This document shows positions 61,540 to 64,000 of a DNA stretch of 64,000 bases, one piece after another; positions within the stretch are counted from its first letter, which is position 1; the number at the start of each line of letters is the position of its first letter. The notes under the pieces are model-generated. The model was not told the DNA's origin. It saw only the letters and a program-made list of their open reading frames with translations, and ran no database searches. This DNA comes from Candidatus Dojkabacteria bacterium (GTDB lineage Bacteria > Patescibacteriota > Dojkabacteria > J137): contig AP024679.1 in the NCBI GenBank assembly GCA_025999215.1, positions 36,007 through 100,006 of the forward strand, in the 5' to 3' direction. The translations under genes and the position numbers were made by a program.

Positions 61540-62277
61540 ATGTTACTACAAATTTTTGCATCTTTTTTTGCTGGAATATTAACTGTACTTTCACCGTGTA
61601 TTTTTCCCTTTTTACCTGTAATTTTGACTAATGGAGAAAAAAAATTAAAAAAGCCTTTAATTATAGTTGCATCGCTTTCTATTTCAGTAATAATTTCTAC
61701 TTTAATTTTTAAAACTTTAGTTGAATTATTAGATCTTCCTAAAGATTTTTTGAGAGACTTATCGGCAATACTTCTTTTTGTGATTGGTTTTTTTATCATT
61801 TTTCCAGAAGTTTGGAATTTTATTGAAAACAAATTAGAAATTAATTCAAAGTCAAACCAACTCCTCTTGATATCGAGTAAAAAACGGGGTGCATTGGGTG
61901 ATATTGCGATTGGCGCATCCCTTGGCCCTGCTTTTGCATCGTGTAGTCCTATTTACACAATAATTTTAGCTCAAGTTTTGCCAGCAAATTTTTTTGAAGG
62001 AACTATTTATTTAGTTTTCTACGCCATAGGTTTAGGATTAATTTTATTGGTAATTTCATTTTTGGGAGATGTTTTTGTCAGAACTCTTAGGTTTGCTGTT
62101 AACCCTCATGGTAATTTCAAAAAAATTGTTGGTTTTACTTTAATTATCGTGGGTTTTCTAATATTTTTTGATTATGACAAAACAATCTCATCATTTTTAC
62201 TCCAAAATGAAACTTATCTTAATTTTTTGGAAAAGGTTATAGATTTAGAATCTCAGTTTACAAATAGCTTTAATTAA
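61540..62277 (+). CDS. ccdA: CcdA/DsbD-family thiol-disulfide transmembrane electron transporter
   Basis: AGILTVLSPCIFP and SCSP cysteines, 6 TMs, adjacent thioredoxin. Confidence 0.85.
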   Translation: MLLQIFASFFAGILTVLSPCIFPFLPVILTNGEKKLKKPLIIVASLSISVIISTLIFKTLVELLDLPKDFLRDLSAILLFVIGFFIIFPEVWNFIENKLEINSKSNQLLLISSKKRGALGDIAIGASLGPAFASCSPIYTIILAQVLPANFFEGTIYLVFYAIGLGLILLVISFLGDVFVRTLRFAVNPHGNFKKIVGFTLIIVGFLIFFDYDKTISSFLLQNETYLNFLEKVIDLESQFTNSFN

Positions 62278-62279
62278 GT

Positions 62280-62891
62280 TTAATTTTTTGAGATCTTGAG
62301 TGCATCCCTGATATTTTTGTAGTCAAACCCTAGATTAATTAATTTCATTTTAAGTGTTTCATTATTTGAGTGTTTATTTTTCTGCAAGTACGTCATTATT
62401 TTCTCTATTTCTTTTTCTGTTTGATAATTTTTATTTAAAGCTTTATTGATAATTTGGTTACTGACTCCTTTATTTTTTAATTCAAACATAATTTTCCTCC
62501 TACCAATTAATTTGTGCTCTACCCTATTTTTTACATACCAATCAGCAAAATTATCATCATTTAATAAATTTTTTGATTTTAAGGTATTTAAAATTTCTTC
62601 AATTTGATTTTGCCTTAATTGCAATTTGTATTGAGCATATTGCAAAAATTCTTGGATACTTCTTGGTCTCAAACTTAACCATCTTTTCACTCTTTCATAA
62701 ATTCTAGGATCAATAGCATTAGATTTAACATTTTCAAGTTCTATTGAACGTAAAGTTTTTCCTTTGTATAAATTATGTTCAACCACACTATCAATATGAA
62801 CTGTGGCAAATAATTTATCATTAATGTAAATCTCAACATAATTTTTATATTTTGGAGATTTTGCAATTTTGGTTATTATATTACCTTTCAC
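62280..62891 (-). CDS. recX: RecX regulatory protein
   Basis: LSLRPRS..E, LLNDDNFA, G..KI..EL..KGV, L...GF. Confidence 0.88.
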   Translation of the reverse strand: MKGNIITKIAKSPKYKNYVEIYINDKLFATVHIDSVVEHNLYKGKTLRSIELENVKSNAIDPRIYERVKRWLSLRPRSIQEFLQYAQYKLQLRQNQIEEILNTLKSKNLLNDDNFADWYVKNRVEHKLIGRRKIMFELKNKGVSNQIINKALNKNYQTEKEIEKIMTYLQKNKHSNNETLKMKLINLGFDYKNIRDALKISKN

Positions 62892-64000
62892 GTGTAAAGA
62901 ATCCTATTTTTAATTTTTCTAATAAAAGATTGAGCGAAATTAGGGTAATAAATTTATAAAAGCTAAATATACAAATCAAAAGTCTAAAAATATACTCTGG
63001 ATTGTAATTTGTAACTAACCAATATGTAAAACTAAGCATTACTATTCTTCCAAAAAGTTGTATTGTTTCTAAAATTATATTTAATTCTTCAATATTTTCG
63101 CTTTTAAAATCTTTTAAAATCAAGTCTTTGGTACTTGTTTCTAAATCTTCTTTAACCGTATCAGATGTTGATGAAGTAATCACGACAAGCGCACTACGCA
63201 CAAAAAGAGCTGGAAAATTCCATAATGCTGCAAATACTACATTAAAAACACTTCTTAAAAAATATCCCCAAAGCCCAATTTTGTATTTAAAGTTACTAGA
63301 TCGTTTAGCTTCAAAATATGAACTCAATGCTGAAATTAACCCAATCACACTTAAAAATGAACCAACACCGAGCTCACTTTCCAAAAACAAAAAAGGAATA
63401 ATTGCAAATATTGCAACAAACAATGAATTTATACCCGAATCAAAAAAGAAAATTATACCTTGGAACAAAAAACTCTTTCGTTTAACTATGTTTAAAATGC
63501 TTTTCGAGCTAATTTTATTTTGTGGTAGTTTATTATATTTCCACGGAACCAAAAACAAACCTAGCTGAACCAAAAAACCAAGTAAAAATAACGAAACATA
63601 ACTTTCATCAAAAGAGACTAAACTACCTACCATGAAAGGTATTACTATCCCCAAAATTAACTCCAAACTTTTTTGAGTGTTTATAAAAACACTTCTTTCT
63701 TGGCCATGTAATTCTTTTATATAAAAAGTATGATGAACTGCCCAATAAAGTCCGTGCGGAATCGATCTTAATACTGCTATAACCATGTATTTTTCCCCAA
63801 TCTCATCAATCAAAAGTAAAGTTGCAATTATAGGTATCAAGCTCATAGAATACATAAACCTCATTGCAAAAAGATACCCAGCGGAATCCAAAATCATTGT
63901 TCCAACAATAAAAATAACCCACAAAGATAAATAAAAAATTAAATATTCTAAAATTATAATTGTTAAGTCGTTTGTTGCTCTGTAAAGTAGAATTTGATAA
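62881..64000 (-). CDS. MFS-like multi-TM transporter (5' end beyond the window)
   Basis: Frame is open to the window edge; about 11-12 hydrophobic segments; E.....GR motif near the C-terminus. Confidence 0.65.
   Translation of the reverse strand, partial: YQILLYRATNDLTIIILEYLIFYLSLWVIFIVGTMILDSAGYLFAMRFMYSMSLIPIIATLLLIDEIGEKYMVIAVLRSIPHGLYWAVHHTFYIKELHGQERSVFINTQKSLELILGIVIPFMVGSLVSFDESYVSLFLLGFLVQLGLFLVPWKYNKLPQNKISSKSILNIVKRKSFLFQGIIFFFDSGINSLFVAIFAIIPFLFLESELGVGSFLSVIGLISALSSYFEAKRSSNFKYKIGLWGYFLRSVFNVVFAALWNFPALFVRSALVVITSSTSDTVKEDLETSTKDLILKDFKSENIEELNIILETIQLFGRIVMLSFTYWLVTNYNPEYIFRLLICIFSFYKFITLISLNLLLEKLKIGFFTRER

Noticed and set aside
1-64000. Alternative genetic code (TGA=Gly, code 25)
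   Set aside because: Long genes translate intact in code 11, TGA acts as a stop in ATGA overlaps, and the breaks are frame changes rather than in-frame TGA.
1-64000. tRNA, rRNA, prophage or integrase
   Set aside because: No recognisable cloverleaf, rRNA-like GC-rich block, or phage/recombinase motif was seen; intergenic gaps are mostly too short.

Overview
Gene-dense, very AT-rich (roughly 28-30% GC by eye) bacterial chromosome segment using genetic code 11. Gene content and style (bacterial Elp3, orphan proteins, large surface-glycan locus, many peptidases, little Shine-Dalgarno signal) suggest a Patescibacteria/CPR organism; this is inference. Many genes are split by 1-bp indels clustered in blocks (3.2-4.9, 15-19.7, 21.8-27.6, 41.8-42.9 and 48.1-48.6 kb), most likely uncorrected long-read errors. 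Layout: 0-28 kb is a surface-glycan cluster (rfbB, rfbA, ugd, UDP-GlcA epimerase, many GT2/GT4, two GT-C-type membrane proteins, FkbM methyltransferase, wzm/wzt) containing a secreted amidase-subtilase-repeat protein. 29.6-32.1 kb is a head-to-head Trm9-like methyltransferase/Elp3 pair. 34.8-45 kb holds an M16 peptidase pair, a CIRCE-controlled clpC, M42/M28/M20 peptidases and an orphan gene preceded by a leaderless Ile/Leu/Val-rich leader peptide with complete attenuator structure. 45-50 kb encodes a ~1700-aa multi-catalytic secreted hydrolase. 51-58.6 kb holds a response regulator, gltX and a candidate signalling module (two XRE/MmyB-like regulators, acyl-ACP-reductase-like enzyme, 7TM histidine kinase). 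The rest is rpsT, a DUF6922/AbiEii-type TA pair, a tRNA-binding OB protein, thioredoxin/CcdA, recX and an MFS-like gene. No rRNA, tRNA, CRISPR array or IS element was recognised. Best leads: a bacterial Elp3+Trm9 (mcm5U) pathway, the leaderless attenuator, the enzyme/7TM-kinase/MmyB module and the giant hydrolase. All family assignments come from motifs read by eye; no database searches were run.
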